Of a DNA stretch of 64,000 nt, positions 47,228 to 56,146 are shown one piece after another. Source of the stretch: an uncultured Lentimicrobiaceae bacterium (GTDB lineage: Bacteria; Bacteroidota; Bacteroidia; Bacteroidales; WCHB1-69). The translations under genes were made by a program, and so were the position numbers. Location: NCBI GenBank assembly GCA_964653595.1, contig CAZZHH010000009.1, forward strand, positions 3,506 through 67,505. Direction: 5' to 3'. The notes beneath the pieces are model-generated. The model was given only the letters and a program-made list of their open reading frames with translations, searched no databases and was not told the origin of the DNA. Within the stretch, counting starts at the first letter, position 1. Each line of letters begins with the position of its first letter.

Positions 47228-48118
47228 CTACTTCCTCGCTTTCACCATCCTCGGCTTCCCGAACAAATCTACTCTCAACTCAACGTCCTTGTATCCATAA
47301 TCTTTGAGTATTTGCACCGTTTCATTCCCGAATGCCTCGTTGATTTCGAAATAGATGCAACCATTCACGTTGAGCAATGTCTTGGATATCTCGGCAATGG
47401 CCCTGTAAAAAACCAGCGGATCATCGTCTTCCACAAACAGCGCCATTTCGGGCTCGAATTCCAACACATTCTTTTGCATCAACCTCTTTTCGGAATTCCG
47501 GATGTAGGGCGGGTTGCTCACCACGAGGTCAAACTTTCGGGACATCGGTTTAAAATACAACAGGTCATTTTCCATAAAATCCACCTCCACCCCATTCTGC
47601 AACGCATTGGATTGCGCCACCTTGAGGGCTTCCACACTTTTATCGAGACTGCTAACAGACCAGTCGGGACGTTGGTGTTTCAGTGAAACGGCAATACACC
47701 CGCTTCCCGTGCCAAAATCGATCACCGACAAGGGGGCTTTAGAAATTGCATGGTCGTCGAGCACCCATTTCACCAACTCTTCCGTTTCGGGACGGGGAAT
47801 GAGCACGTGTTTGTCGACGTTGAATTTCAGTCCGTAAAACTCCTCATAACCAACCACATACTGAATGGGTTTGTGGTCATTCAAATCCTCCAAGGCATTT
47901 TTCAGCCACACAATATCCGATTCGTTAACCCTGAAATCCGGATGGATGGCAATCTCGGTCTTGCTCAATCCGGTGATGCGTTGCAAGATCATGGATGTCA
48001 ACACATTTCGCTCCTGCAAATCGGGAAAATTCTTCAATAACATTTGTTGTATATGTTTGCGAACCAGAACCAAGGTGTTTGATGCTGGCCACATCCAGTT
48101 GATATTTTCATTGGGCAT
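47228..48118 (-). CDS. prmC: Release-factor glutamine N5-methyltransferase
   Basis: 296 aa with the SAM motif DFGTGSGCI and the catalytic NPPY (VVSNPPYI). Confidence 0.85.
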   Translation of the reverse strand: MPNENINWMWPASNTLVLVRKHIQQMLLKNFPDLQERNVLTSMILQRITGLSKTEIAIHPDFRVNESDIVWLKNALEDLNDHKPIQYVVGYEEFYGLKFNVDKHVLIPRPETEELVKWVLDDHAISKAPLSVIDFGTGSGCIAVSLKHQRPDWSVSSLDKSVEALKVAQSNALQNGVEVDFMENDLLYFKPMSRKFDLVVSNPPYIRNSEKRLMQKNVLEFEPEMALFVEDDDPLVFYRAIAEISKTLLNVNGCIYFEINEAFGNETVQILKDYGYKDVELRVDLFGKPRMVKARK

Positions 48119-48308
48119 AGTTGTCTTTTTGAGTTTTACCAGACAAAGTTAAGGATAAAAAGCCAAACAATAATACTTGAAAAAAACGAGAAATTGAGTA
48201 GATAAATTGCGAATTTGCACATTGATATTGATATCATTTTCGTAGTATTGATCTTTTTGAAAATTACATTTAGACTTTAAAATTTTACAATTAATGAATA
48301 ATAATCCT

Positions 48309-48316
48309 TAAATTTG
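48309..48316 (+). promoter_or_regulatory. -7 box TAnnTTTG
   Basis: TAAATTTG lies 43 nt upstream of the ATG at 48359. Confidence 0.4.
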
Positions 48317-48358
48317 TACAAACATACGATTAAGTAGAAACTTACATCACAAATCTCT

Positions 48359-49948
48359 ATGAAAAAAAGACTAGTTCTCATCGTACTCTTTTTCAATTTT
48401 TTGCTGGCATTTTCACAAAACGAGAATCAAGTTATACTAAAGAGTGCAAAAGATGCATACCATTCTTATGCATTTAAAAGATACATTGAAATAATCTCAA
48501 ATTACAAAAACAACAACAGCTCAAATCCTGGCTTTGAAGCTCTTTTCATCCAAGAAAAGACAGAATACCAAGTCATGCTCATTCATTCGTATATTAAAAC
48601 ATATGATAATCTCAATGCCCAAAAGCAGATAGAATTATTTTTTAAACATTATAAGAACAAGAGCAGTGAATACTATGTAAAAGTGAGGGAGTATGAATTA
48701 GATATAGAAAAAGAGAACATAGAAGAAGACAAACTATTTAATACAATTCAGAGCAAAAAATCTTCCTATTACGCATACGAATATACAAAGAAATATCCTA
48801 AAGGAAAATACATAACATCTGTAACGGATTCTTTACCAATATATAACGAACTAGATTCTTGGAAATATTGTATAAAAGAAAAAGAAATTTCAGATTGCCA
48901 GCGTCATATAAAAAATCATCCAAATGGGGCACATACAAAAGAGATCACACTATTATTGGACAGTCTTGAGTTTGACTTTTATAAACAATCGATAAATTCA
49001 CCATATCCACATATGATAAAAGATTACTTTCGTTATTTTCCAGAGGGCAAATATGATTCTTTAGTAAGGGAACATTACAAATCAAAACTATATGAAAATG
49101 CGTTAAAGTTGGACTTTGAGGACATACAGACTTACATTGAAACTTTTCCGAACGATGAAAAAACACTTATTCTGGACTCTCTTTTACAAAAGAACTATCT
49201 TACAACAGGCAACTCAAATTTTAAAAAATGGAGATTCAATACGGCATCAAACATCTATTCATCTTACTTAAAAAAATATGAGAATGGCATTTACAAAAAC
49301 ACAATTGAAAAAAAACTAAACAGAGCAAATTTTTTCAACCAGATTATCAACGAAAATGGCACAGAAGAATTTGATTATACTTATATCATGTTTAACTATG
49401 ACACAGAGCCGTCATATGGTATCACCATCAGCCAATTAAACAATAAAAAACTAAGTTTTTTCTACAACTTTAGACTTAATTCTATTAATTATGAGACAGT
49501 AACATTATACGATAATGGGACCAATTCATCGAAATACGATTTAATTACTCCAACAAATGAGACACGTAGAGATTTAATCGCATTATCTTTGGGCGTAAAA
49601 TACAACCCTGTCAACTACCCAATTTGGATATACGGTGCAATAGGGTACGAACAATACGATGATATTCGAAAATACAATTGCTACAACATTGTAAATGGAA
49701 GAACGATAAAAGCGAGTTCAGAATACTTTAAAACCGAAAAAACAAAATTTTCTTTTTATCCAGAAATAGGGGTAATAACCACATTTTTAAGAGCTTTCAC
49801 CCTAAAATATGGAGTCATGTACAATGGAAAGTGGGCACAGCAATTTGGAGTTGGAATTATGATAAATAATGAAAACATGCCATCGCTAATACCTGACTCA
49901 TGGACAGATGGATGTATGAATTTCCTATTTATTGGGTGGGGAAATTGA
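48359..49948 (+). CDS. Hypothetical secreted repeat protein with beta-barrel-like C-terminus
   Basis: 529 aa with a signal peptide. Five TPR/YbgF-like repeats are marked by YPKGKY, HPNGAH, FPEGKY, FPNDEK and YENGIY. The C-terminal third has alternating beta-strand character. Confidence 0.5.
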   Translation: MKKRLVLIVLFFNFLLAFSQNENQVILKSAKDAYHSYAFKRYIEIISNYKNNNSSNPGFEALFIQEKTEYQVMLIHSYIKTYDNLNAQKQIELFFKHYKNKSSEYYVKVREYELDIEKENIEEDKLFNTIQSKKSSYYAYEYTKKYPKGKYITSVTDSLPIYNELDSWKYCIKEKEISDCQRHIKNHPNGAHTKEITLLLDSLEFDFYKQSINSPYPHMIKDYFRYFPEGKYDSLVREHYKSKLYENALKLDFEDIQTYIETFPNDEKTLILDSLLQKNYLTTGNSNFKKWRFNTASNIYSSYLKKYENGIYKNTIEKKLNRANFFNQIINENGTEEFDYTYIMFNYDTEPSYGITISQLNNKKLSFFYNFRLNSINYETVTLYDNGTNSSKYDLITPTNETRRDLIALSLGVKYNPVNYPIWIYGAIGYEQYDDIRKYNCYNIVNGRTIKASSEYFKTEKTKFSFYPEIGVITTFLRAFTLKYGVMYNGKWAQQFGVGIMINNENMPSLIPDSWTDGCMNFLFIGWGN

Positions 49949-50110
49949 TTAAAACACCTTAAGCTTTATCAAATTTTAGGTGCAACAAACTTCACAAGCT
50001 TCAATTTTTTGCACACTATGAATAGATAAAGCACACCATATAGTTACTTACAGAGTTCAACTTTAGCATTTTCCGTTCATCTAATGCTTTTTTAAAAAAA
50101 GAGAAGTGTT

Positions 50111-51418
50111 TTAAATCACAGTCTCCTCATTAAAACTCTCTAGAAGTTCTTTCACACGTTTGATAAAAAGTCCACCCATGCCACCATCCACAATCCTATG
50201 ATCGTAAGAAAGAGATAAATACATCATTGGAGCAATTCCTAAGGAATCGCCAAACTCAGATTCTATCACAATAGGTTGTTTTCGAATAGCACCAATAGCC
50301 AAAATTGCGACTTGTGGTTGATTAATAATTGGAGTACCAAGCAACGTATCAAAGGCTCCTAAATTCGTAATAGAGAACGTTCCTCCTTGAATTTCATCGG
50401 GCAGTAATTTTGAAGCTCTTGCTCTGGATGCTAAATCGTTGATATTTTTTGTCAATCCCAACAAGCTTTTTTGATCTGCATTCTTAACAACAGGTACAAT
50501 TAAATTACCATTTGGCAATAAGGTTGCCATTCCAATATGGATGTTTTTACGATAAATGATGTTTGAACCATCCACCGATGCATTTATACCTGGAAACTCT
50601 TTTAAAGCTTGAGCTACGATATTAAAAACAATTGGAGTAATGGTAATTTTCTCCCCTTCACGTTTCAAAAAAACCTCTTTAATTTTATTCCGCCAATTTA
50701 CAATTTTAGACATATTTACTTCAATAATCGAAGTAACATGAGCAGAAGTTTGGATAGACATATTCATATGATTTGCAATCATCTTGCGCATTCGATCCAT
50801 CTCTTCTACCCTATCCCCATCGCTAATCGATTGAGTATTTTGATTAGCAGAATTTATTTTATTAGGTTCGAGAGTGTTTGTAATAACCTTATTTTCTAGA
50901 GAAGAAGAAGTGTTTTGATATCTAGATAAAATTAGGTTTTCAATATCTGTTTTGGTGATACGACCGTTTTCACCACTCCCTTGAATAGTTTCGAGTTCGC
51001 CAATAGAAATATTTTCAACTCTAGCCATGTTACGAACAAGTGGAGAATAAAAGCGAGAGGTGGCAACAATTTCTTCATTTTTTGGAGGTAGACTCTCTTC
51101 GGATAGGATATCCTTATCGGGTTGTAAATCGTCAGATTTCACTTTATTAACAACGGGAGTATCTTCAAATGTTTTATTCTCTGAAGATACCATAGCAACA
51201 ACAGATCCGATTGCCACCACATCTCCTTCCTTAAAAAAATGTTTTACTAAATAACCATCGTTAGAGGAAACAATTTCAGAATCCACTTTATCCGTTGCAA
51301 TTTCCAAAATAGATTCATCCGCGGCAACAAGTTCTCCCTCATTTTTCAACCATCGAATAATGGTAGCTTCTATAATCCCTTCACCCATTTTAGGCAATAT
51401 AATTTCGTATGTCGACAT
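50111..51418 (-). CDS. 2-oxoacid dehydrogenase E2 (dihydrolipoamide acyltransferase)
   Basis: 435 aa. Lipoyl domain (EIATDKVDSEI), a peripheral subunit-binding segment, and a catalytic DHRIVDG. Confidence 0.88.
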   Translation of the reverse strand: MSTYEIILPKMGEGIIEATIIRWLKNEGELVAADESILEIATDKVDSEIVSSNDGYLVKHFFKEGDVVAIGSVVAMVSSENKTFEDTPVVNKVKSDDLQPDKDILSEESLPPKNEEIVATSRFYSPLVRNMARVENISIGELETIQGSGENGRITKTDIENLILSRYQNTSSSLENKVITNTLEPNKINSANQNTQSISDGDRVEEMDRMRKMIANHMNMSIQTSAHVTSIIEVNMSKIVNWRNKIKEVFLKREGEKITITPIVFNIVAQALKEFPGINASVDGSNIIYRKNIHIGMATLLPNGNLIVPVVKNADQKSLLGLTKNINDLASRARASKLLPDEIQGGTFSITNLGAFDTLLGTPIINQPQVAILAIGAIRKQPIVIESEFGDSLGIAPMMYLSLSYDHRIVDGGMGGLFIKRVKELLESFNEETVI

Positions 51419-51790
51419 AATTCCGTATAGTTTTTAATAATTTAGTATTACAACATTTGTATCCATGAAATGTTTGATAGAAAAATTCGATAAACAACAC
51501 GAAAAACATCCTCTATTTAAAAAATCTCGAGAAATTACTGTTTTGTACAAAATCTCAATTATTGCGTTCAAAAAAATCAACTATTTACAAATAATAACTT
51601 AATTTAATTTTTAACATTTAATTTTTTTTGATGTGATAGCTTGTATTTCAAGCACAAGAAAAGAGATATTTCAGTTTAACAATATATTTAAAAATCACAT
51701 GTAAGTACCTGATTTATAGATATATTATTTAGATTGCATACAAATTAAATGTTTAAGATTTTATTGTTATTTTAATAACAAAAAAGGAGT

Positions 51791-51798
51791 TACATTTG
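51791..51798 (+). promoter_or_regulatory. -7 box TAnnTTTG ahead of the hydrogenase locus
   Basis: TACATTTG lies 31 nt upstream of the ATG at 51829. Confidence 0.45.
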
Positions 51799-51828
51799 CA
51801 GTAGAAAATTAAATAATTTGAATAATAG

Positions 51829-52173
51829 ATGAAGATTGAAGAAATCGCAAGTTTAATAAATGGGAAAGTAGTTTGTGGCGAAGAGCACAATAATTTAGAT
51901 ATTACGATTGCATTCGCTTCGGATTTGATGAGTGATGTTTTAACAGTAAAAGTAGACAATGTATTGTTGATTACTGGTCTTACAAACGTTCAGACAATAC
52001 GAACAGCGGAGATGTCGGATATAAGATGTATTTTGTTTACTCGTGACAAAATTGTTACCGATGATATGATAAAGCTAGCTTGCGAAAACGACATGGTTTT
52101 ATTGACCACTCCATATTCTACTTTTCGTACTGCAGGAATTTTATTTCAAAATGGGATTAATCCAGTATACTAA
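51829..52173 (+). CDS. DRTGG-domain protein
   Basis: 114 aa. ASDLMSDVL and the LITGLTN pattern are typical of DRTGG domains. Confidence 0.65.
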   Translation: MKIEEIASLINGKVVCGEEHNNLDITIAFASDLMSDVLTVKVDNVLLITGLTNVQTIRTAEMSDIRCILFTRDKIVTDDMIKLACENDMVLLTTPYSTFRTAGILFQNGINPVY

Positions 52174-52185
52174 TAATTTAAAATT

Positions 52186-52599
52186 ATGCACTTTGAGTAT
52201 CATATAGAGGGAAGTGATTTTTCGACTGCTGGAACTATCTCTAGTAACGTCAAGAAACATCTTAAACAATTGAACATTGATGGTTCGATCATCAAAAGGA
52301 CTGTTGTTGCCTTATATGAAGCCGAAGTGAACGTAGTAGCCCATGCTTATAGAGGGATAGTAGAAGTAGATTATTTTGAGGATAGAATTGAAATTAAGTT
52401 AACAGATGAGGGGCCAGGCATTCCAGATATTGATAAAGCGATGATTGCTGGTTTTTCAACAGCTTCGCATGCAGTCAGAGAGATGGGCTTTGGAGCGGGG
52501 ATGGGGTTGCCTAACATACGAAACAACACCGATGTATTAGATATCAAGAGTGAAGTGAATGTAGGCACCATTGTTTTTATGATTAATAGATTTAGTTAA
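52186..52599 (+). CDS. GHKL-type ATPase, anti-sigma-factor-like Ser/Thr kinase (RsbW-like)
   Basis: 137 aa with EAEVNVVAHAY, DEGPGI and GFGAGMGLPN boxes. Confidence 0.7.
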   Translation: MHFEYHIEGSDFSTAGTISSNVKKHLKQLNIDGSIIKRTVVALYEAEVNVVAHAYRGIVEVDYFEDRIEIKLTDEGPGIPDIDKAMIAGFSTASHAVREMGFGAGMGLPNIRNNTDVLDIKSEVNVGTIVFMINRFS

Positions 52600-52607
52600 A
52601 AATAGAC

Positions 52608-53981
52608 ATGAACACTGAACAATTTCATCACGCACTAATATTCAGAGAGGACATCTGTATTGGATGTTCTCATTGTATGATGGTCTGCCCAACCGAAGCA
52701 ATCCGTGTTAGAAACGGAAAAGCACAGTTGATTGAAAATCGATGTGTTGATTGTGGTGAGTGTTTCCGTGTTTGTCCAGTTGGAGCGATCATTGTTCATC
52801 AAGATGATTTTCAAGACATTTTTGCTTACAAGCATCGAATTGCCTTGATTCCATCGGTTTTCACTGGTCAATTTCCTGAGAAATATAGCCACAAACAGAT
52901 ATTGGATTCTGTTTATGAATTAGGGTTTACCGAGGTTTTTGAAGTGGAGCAAGGAGCTCCATTTTTAGCCGAGTTGTATTTAGAGCATATTCAAAAACAT
53001 CCGGACACAAAACCCTATATTTCTCCTTTCTGTCCCGCTATTGTTCGTTTAATCCAAATTAAGTTTCCTACGCTCATAGAGCATATCATTCCTTTAAAGG
53101 CACCTTTGGATATCACTGCGATGCATGCCCGAAAAGTATTGACAGATGCTGGAGTTTCGCCATCCGATATTGGAATTTTTTATGTAACTCCTTGCGCCGC
53201 AAAAATTGTAGCGATTAAGAGTCCAGTCGGAGAAATAAAATCTTCTATTGATGGCGTTATCAACATGAACTATCTCTTCAACAAAATTTTCAAATCGTTA
53301 AAGAGCAATACGAATGTAACACCCAAAACGGATCGATATCAACCGTTGTCGCCCCTTGCTATAAAATGGAGTTTAACTAGAGGGGAAGCAGAATTTCTAA
53401 AAGAGGTAAAAAGTCTAGCCATAGACGAGATTACAAATGTGATAGAATTTTTAGAAAAAGTAGAAAACGACGAAATTCAAGGGGTCGATTTTTTAGAATT
53501 GCGGGCATGTGATGAAAGTTGTGCTGGAGGAATTCTATGTTCAGGAAATAGATTTCTAATTGTTGACAAACTTCAAAAAAGATCGAGTCATTGTTCAAAA
53601 GATCAAAACAATGAAATCACTCCGATGATGAAATCGATCAAAGAGCATTCGGAATATTTGTTGCAAAATTCAGGAGTTGACGAGATCCCAGCGCGTTCGA
53701 TGTTAAAATTAGACGACAATATGGCTGAAGCAATGGCAAAGATGAAACGTATTTACGATATGAATCGTTTATTGCCACAGGTAGATTGCGGAATTTGTGG
53801 TTCTCCATCATGTCAATCTTTAGCTGAAGATATCGTACAAAACAATGCCAGTATTAAGCAATGTATTTTTATTCAAAAAATTCTTGAACAAAACGACAAG
53901 CTAGAGCCGGGAGAAGCTATCCGAATAATGAAAAACATTTGGAGTCACAACAAGTTGGACAAAAACAGCCTCAAAGATTAA
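52608..53981 (+). CDS. [FeFe]-hydrogenase-like protein with degenerate H-cluster motifs (candidate sensor)
   Basis: 457 aa. Two ferredoxin CxxCxxCxxxCP motifs are followed by hydrogenase large-subunit-like motifs: SPFCPA (canonical TSCCP), TPCAAK (MPCxxK) and LRACDESCAGG (MACxxGCxxGG). The C-terminus carries a CGICGSPSC Fe-S motif. Confidence 0.75.
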   Translation: MNTEQFHHALIFREDICIGCSHCMMVCPTEAIRVRNGKAQLIENRCVDCGECFRVCPVGAIIVHQDDFQDIFAYKHRIALIPSVFTGQFPEKYSHKQILDSVYELGFTEVFEVEQGAPFLAELYLEHIQKHPDTKPYISPFCPAIVRLIQIKFPTLIEHIIPLKAPLDITAMHARKVLTDAGVSPSDIGIFYVTPCAAKIVAIKSPVGEIKSSIDGVINMNYLFNKIFKSLKSNTNVTPKTDRYQPLSPLAIKWSLTRGEAEFLKEVKSLAIDEITNVIEFLEKVENDEIQGVDFLELRACDESCAGGILCSGNRFLIVDKLQKRSSHCSKDQNNEITPMMKSIKEHSEYLLQNSGVDEIPARSMLKLDDNMAEAMAKMKRIYDMNRLLPQVDCGICGSPSCQSLAEDIVQNNASIKQCIFIQKILEQNDKLEPGEAIRIMKNIWSHNKLDKNSLKD

Positions 53982-54000
53982 TATTTAACAACATATACAA

Positions 54001-54336
54001 ATGACAGTAAAAGAGTTAACCGAAAGATTAAATCTACAAGTAGTTGCTGGTTCAAAAGGACTAGATCAAGAGATTACTGGTGGTTATGCATCTGATTTAT
54101 TGAGTGACGTAATGGGACATTCCAATGCAGGAGAAGTATGGATTACCTTACAAACTCACAAAAATGTAATGGCTATTGCATCTCTCAAGGAGTTATCGGC
54201 CATCGTACTAGTAAAAGGGCTTACAGCGGAGCCAGATATGCTCAGTCAAGCCAACGAAGAGAATATCCCAGTATTATCTACCTCTTTAGGAGCATTTGAG
54301 ATAATTGGCAAAATTTACAATGTACTGAATAACTAA
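54001..54336 (+). CDS. DRTGG-domain protein (second copy)
   Basis: 111 aa with ASDLLSDVM and LVKGLTA. Confidence 0.65.
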   Translation: MTVKELTERLNLQVVAGSKGLDQEITGGYASDLLSDVMGHSNAGEVWITLQTHKNVMAIASLKELSAIVLVKGLTAEPDMLSQANEENIPVLSTSLGAFEIIGKIYNVLNN

Positions 54337-54339
54337 ATA

Positions 54340-55086
54340 ATGCACTCGTTCAAAGCAGATTTACACATACATACCGTTTTATCACCTTGTGGTGACTTAG
54401 AAATGAGTCCGGATGCTATTGTATTGAAAGCTTTAGAACAAAAACTTGACATCATCGCGATAACGGATCACAACTCAACACGTCAGGCAAAAATAGTCCG
54501 TAAACTAGCTGCTCCTTATGGAATAAAAGTCTTCTGTGGGGCTGAAGTTACTACCAAAGAAGAGGCTCACGTGTTGGCATTATTTGAAGATGATATGGAT
54601 ATAGATTTATTTCAAGAGTATCTAGACCAACATCTACCCGATATAAAAAATGATGTAAAGAAATTTGGCTATCAAGTGGTGGTTGACGAGAAAAATGATA
54701 TTATTTTTGAAGAAGAGCGTTTACTAATTTCAGCTTTAGACCAATCGGTTGATCAAATAGAGCAAAAAGTACACGAATTAAACGGATTATTTATTCCAGC
54801 TCATATCGACAAGTTTAAATTTAGCATAGTTCAACAATTGGGATTCTTACCCTTTGATTTAAAGGTAGATGCACTAGAATTGTCGTGCAAGACCAATGTA
54901 AACGATTATGTTTCTAAAAATGGATATTTGAAAAATTATACTTTTATTCAAAATTCAGATGCGCATTTTTTAGAACAAATTGGGACGACTTATACTCATT
55001 TTAACATCGAACATCGAACGCTCGAGGAAATGAAATTGGCACTTCATAATCAGCAAGATAGATTCATTTTAAATAAACCTTTTTAG
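54340..55086 (+). CDS. PHP-domain phosphoesterase
   Basis: 248 aa with DLHIHTVLSPCGD, ITDHNS, and C-terminal DAH. Confidence 0.75.
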   Translation: MHSFKADLHIHTVLSPCGDLEMSPDAIVLKALEQKLDIIAITDHNSTRQAKIVRKLAAPYGIKVFCGAEVTTKEEAHVLALFEDDMDIDLFQEYLDQHLPDIKNDVKKFGYQVVVDEKNDIIFEEERLLISALDQSVDQIEQKVHELNGLFIPAHIDKFKFSIVQQLGFLPFDLKVDALELSCKTNVNDYVSKNGYLKNYTFIQNSDAHFLEQIGTTYTHFNIEHRTLEEMKLALHNQQDRFILNKPF

Positions 55087-55140
55087 GATAGAATTAACAG
55101 TTTAAATTTTTAAAATAGAAAAAAAAACAAGACCTTTGCA

Positions 55141-55695
55141 ATGAAAAATTTATCAATGCATATCATGGATATAGTTCAGAATTCGATTGTTGCCAAAGCA
55201 ACGATGATATATATTGAAATTCAAGAGAATACAAAAAAAGACACATTTGATATTGTGATAAAAGATAATGGTAAAGGAATGAGCTCAGAAATGGTAAAAT
55301 CGGTTACAGATCCTTATTGTACTTCTCGAACTACCCGAAAAGTTGGCATGGGCATCCCATTATTAAAACAGCATGCTGAATTAACGGGTGGGTCGTTTAT
55401 GATTTCTTCTGAAGAGGGCAAAGGCACTGAGTTAAAGGCAACTTTTGTCCATTCGAGCATCGACAGACAACCTCTTGGAGACATAGCAGGAACTATTGTG
55501 CTTACTGTTTCGGCCAACCCAACCATTGATTTTGAATACAAACACATTTACAACGACAACAGCTATACATTTAACACAGTGGAGATTAAACAGGTATTAG
55601 ATGGTGTACCCATTTCTAATCTTGAAATCATCAAATATCTGAAAGAGATGATACAAGAAAATTTAAAAGAAATTCAAGAAATCAAGACAAATTAA
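55141..55695 (+). CDS. GHKL-type ATPase-domain protein (second copy)
   Basis: 184 aa with DNGKGM, GMGIPLL and GKGTE boxes. Confidence 0.65.
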   Translation: MKNLSMHIMDIVQNSIVAKATMIYIEIQENTKKDTFDIVIKDNGKGMSSEMVKSVTDPYCTSRTTRKVGMGIPLLKQHAELTGGSFMISSEEGKGTELKATFVHSSIDRQPLGDIAGTIVLTVSANPTIDFEYKHIYNDNSYTFNTVEIKQVLDGVPISNLEIIKYLKEMIQENLKEIQEIKTN

Positions 55696-55729
55696 TTATA
55701 GAAGTAATTATAAACAACAAACAAATTCT

Positions 55730-56128
55730 ATGGAAAAAATCAAATCATTGGCAGATCTTAAAAACATACAAGATCAAGTGAAAGCCAAAATTGATCTCAG
55801 AGAAAAAGCAAACAATCCAGAAGCAATGGTTCAAGTGAAAGTAGCTATGGCTACTTGTGGAATTGCATCCGGAGCGAAAGAAGTAATGGAAGTGATGATT
55901 GAAGAGTTTGAAAAACGCAGTATCGAAGCTGTTGTTACCCAAACTGGATGCATGGGGTATTGTTATGCAGAACCCACCATTGAAATTACCAAACCAGGTG
56001 AAGGGCCTATTATTTTTGGTTATGTTGACACCAACAAAGCGATAGAAATTATCAGCAAATATGTTGTTAACAATGAATTAGTAGAAGGTATTATTCCTGT
56101 AAATTATCAATCGATCGATAACAAATAA
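55730..56128 (+). CDS. Thioredoxin-like [2Fe-2S] ferredoxin-domain protein
   Basis: 132 aa with Cys in MATCGIASGA and TGCMGYCYAEP. Confidence 0.65.
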   Translation: MEKIKSLADLKNIQDQVKAKIDLREKANNPEAMVQVKVAMATCGIASGAKEVMEVMIEEFEKRSIEAVVTQTGCMGYCYAEPTIEITKPGEGPIIFGYVDTNKAIEIISKYVVNNELVEGIIPVNYQSIDNK

Positions 56129-56146
56129 GAAGAAGGAGACTATCGA

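Noticed and set aside
50111-51418. E2 acyltransferase without adjacent E1 or E3 genes as an anomaly
   Set aside because: Split organisation of 2-oxoacid dehydrogenase genes is common. Nothing in the sequence itself is unusual: the lipoyl, binding and catalytic domains are intact.
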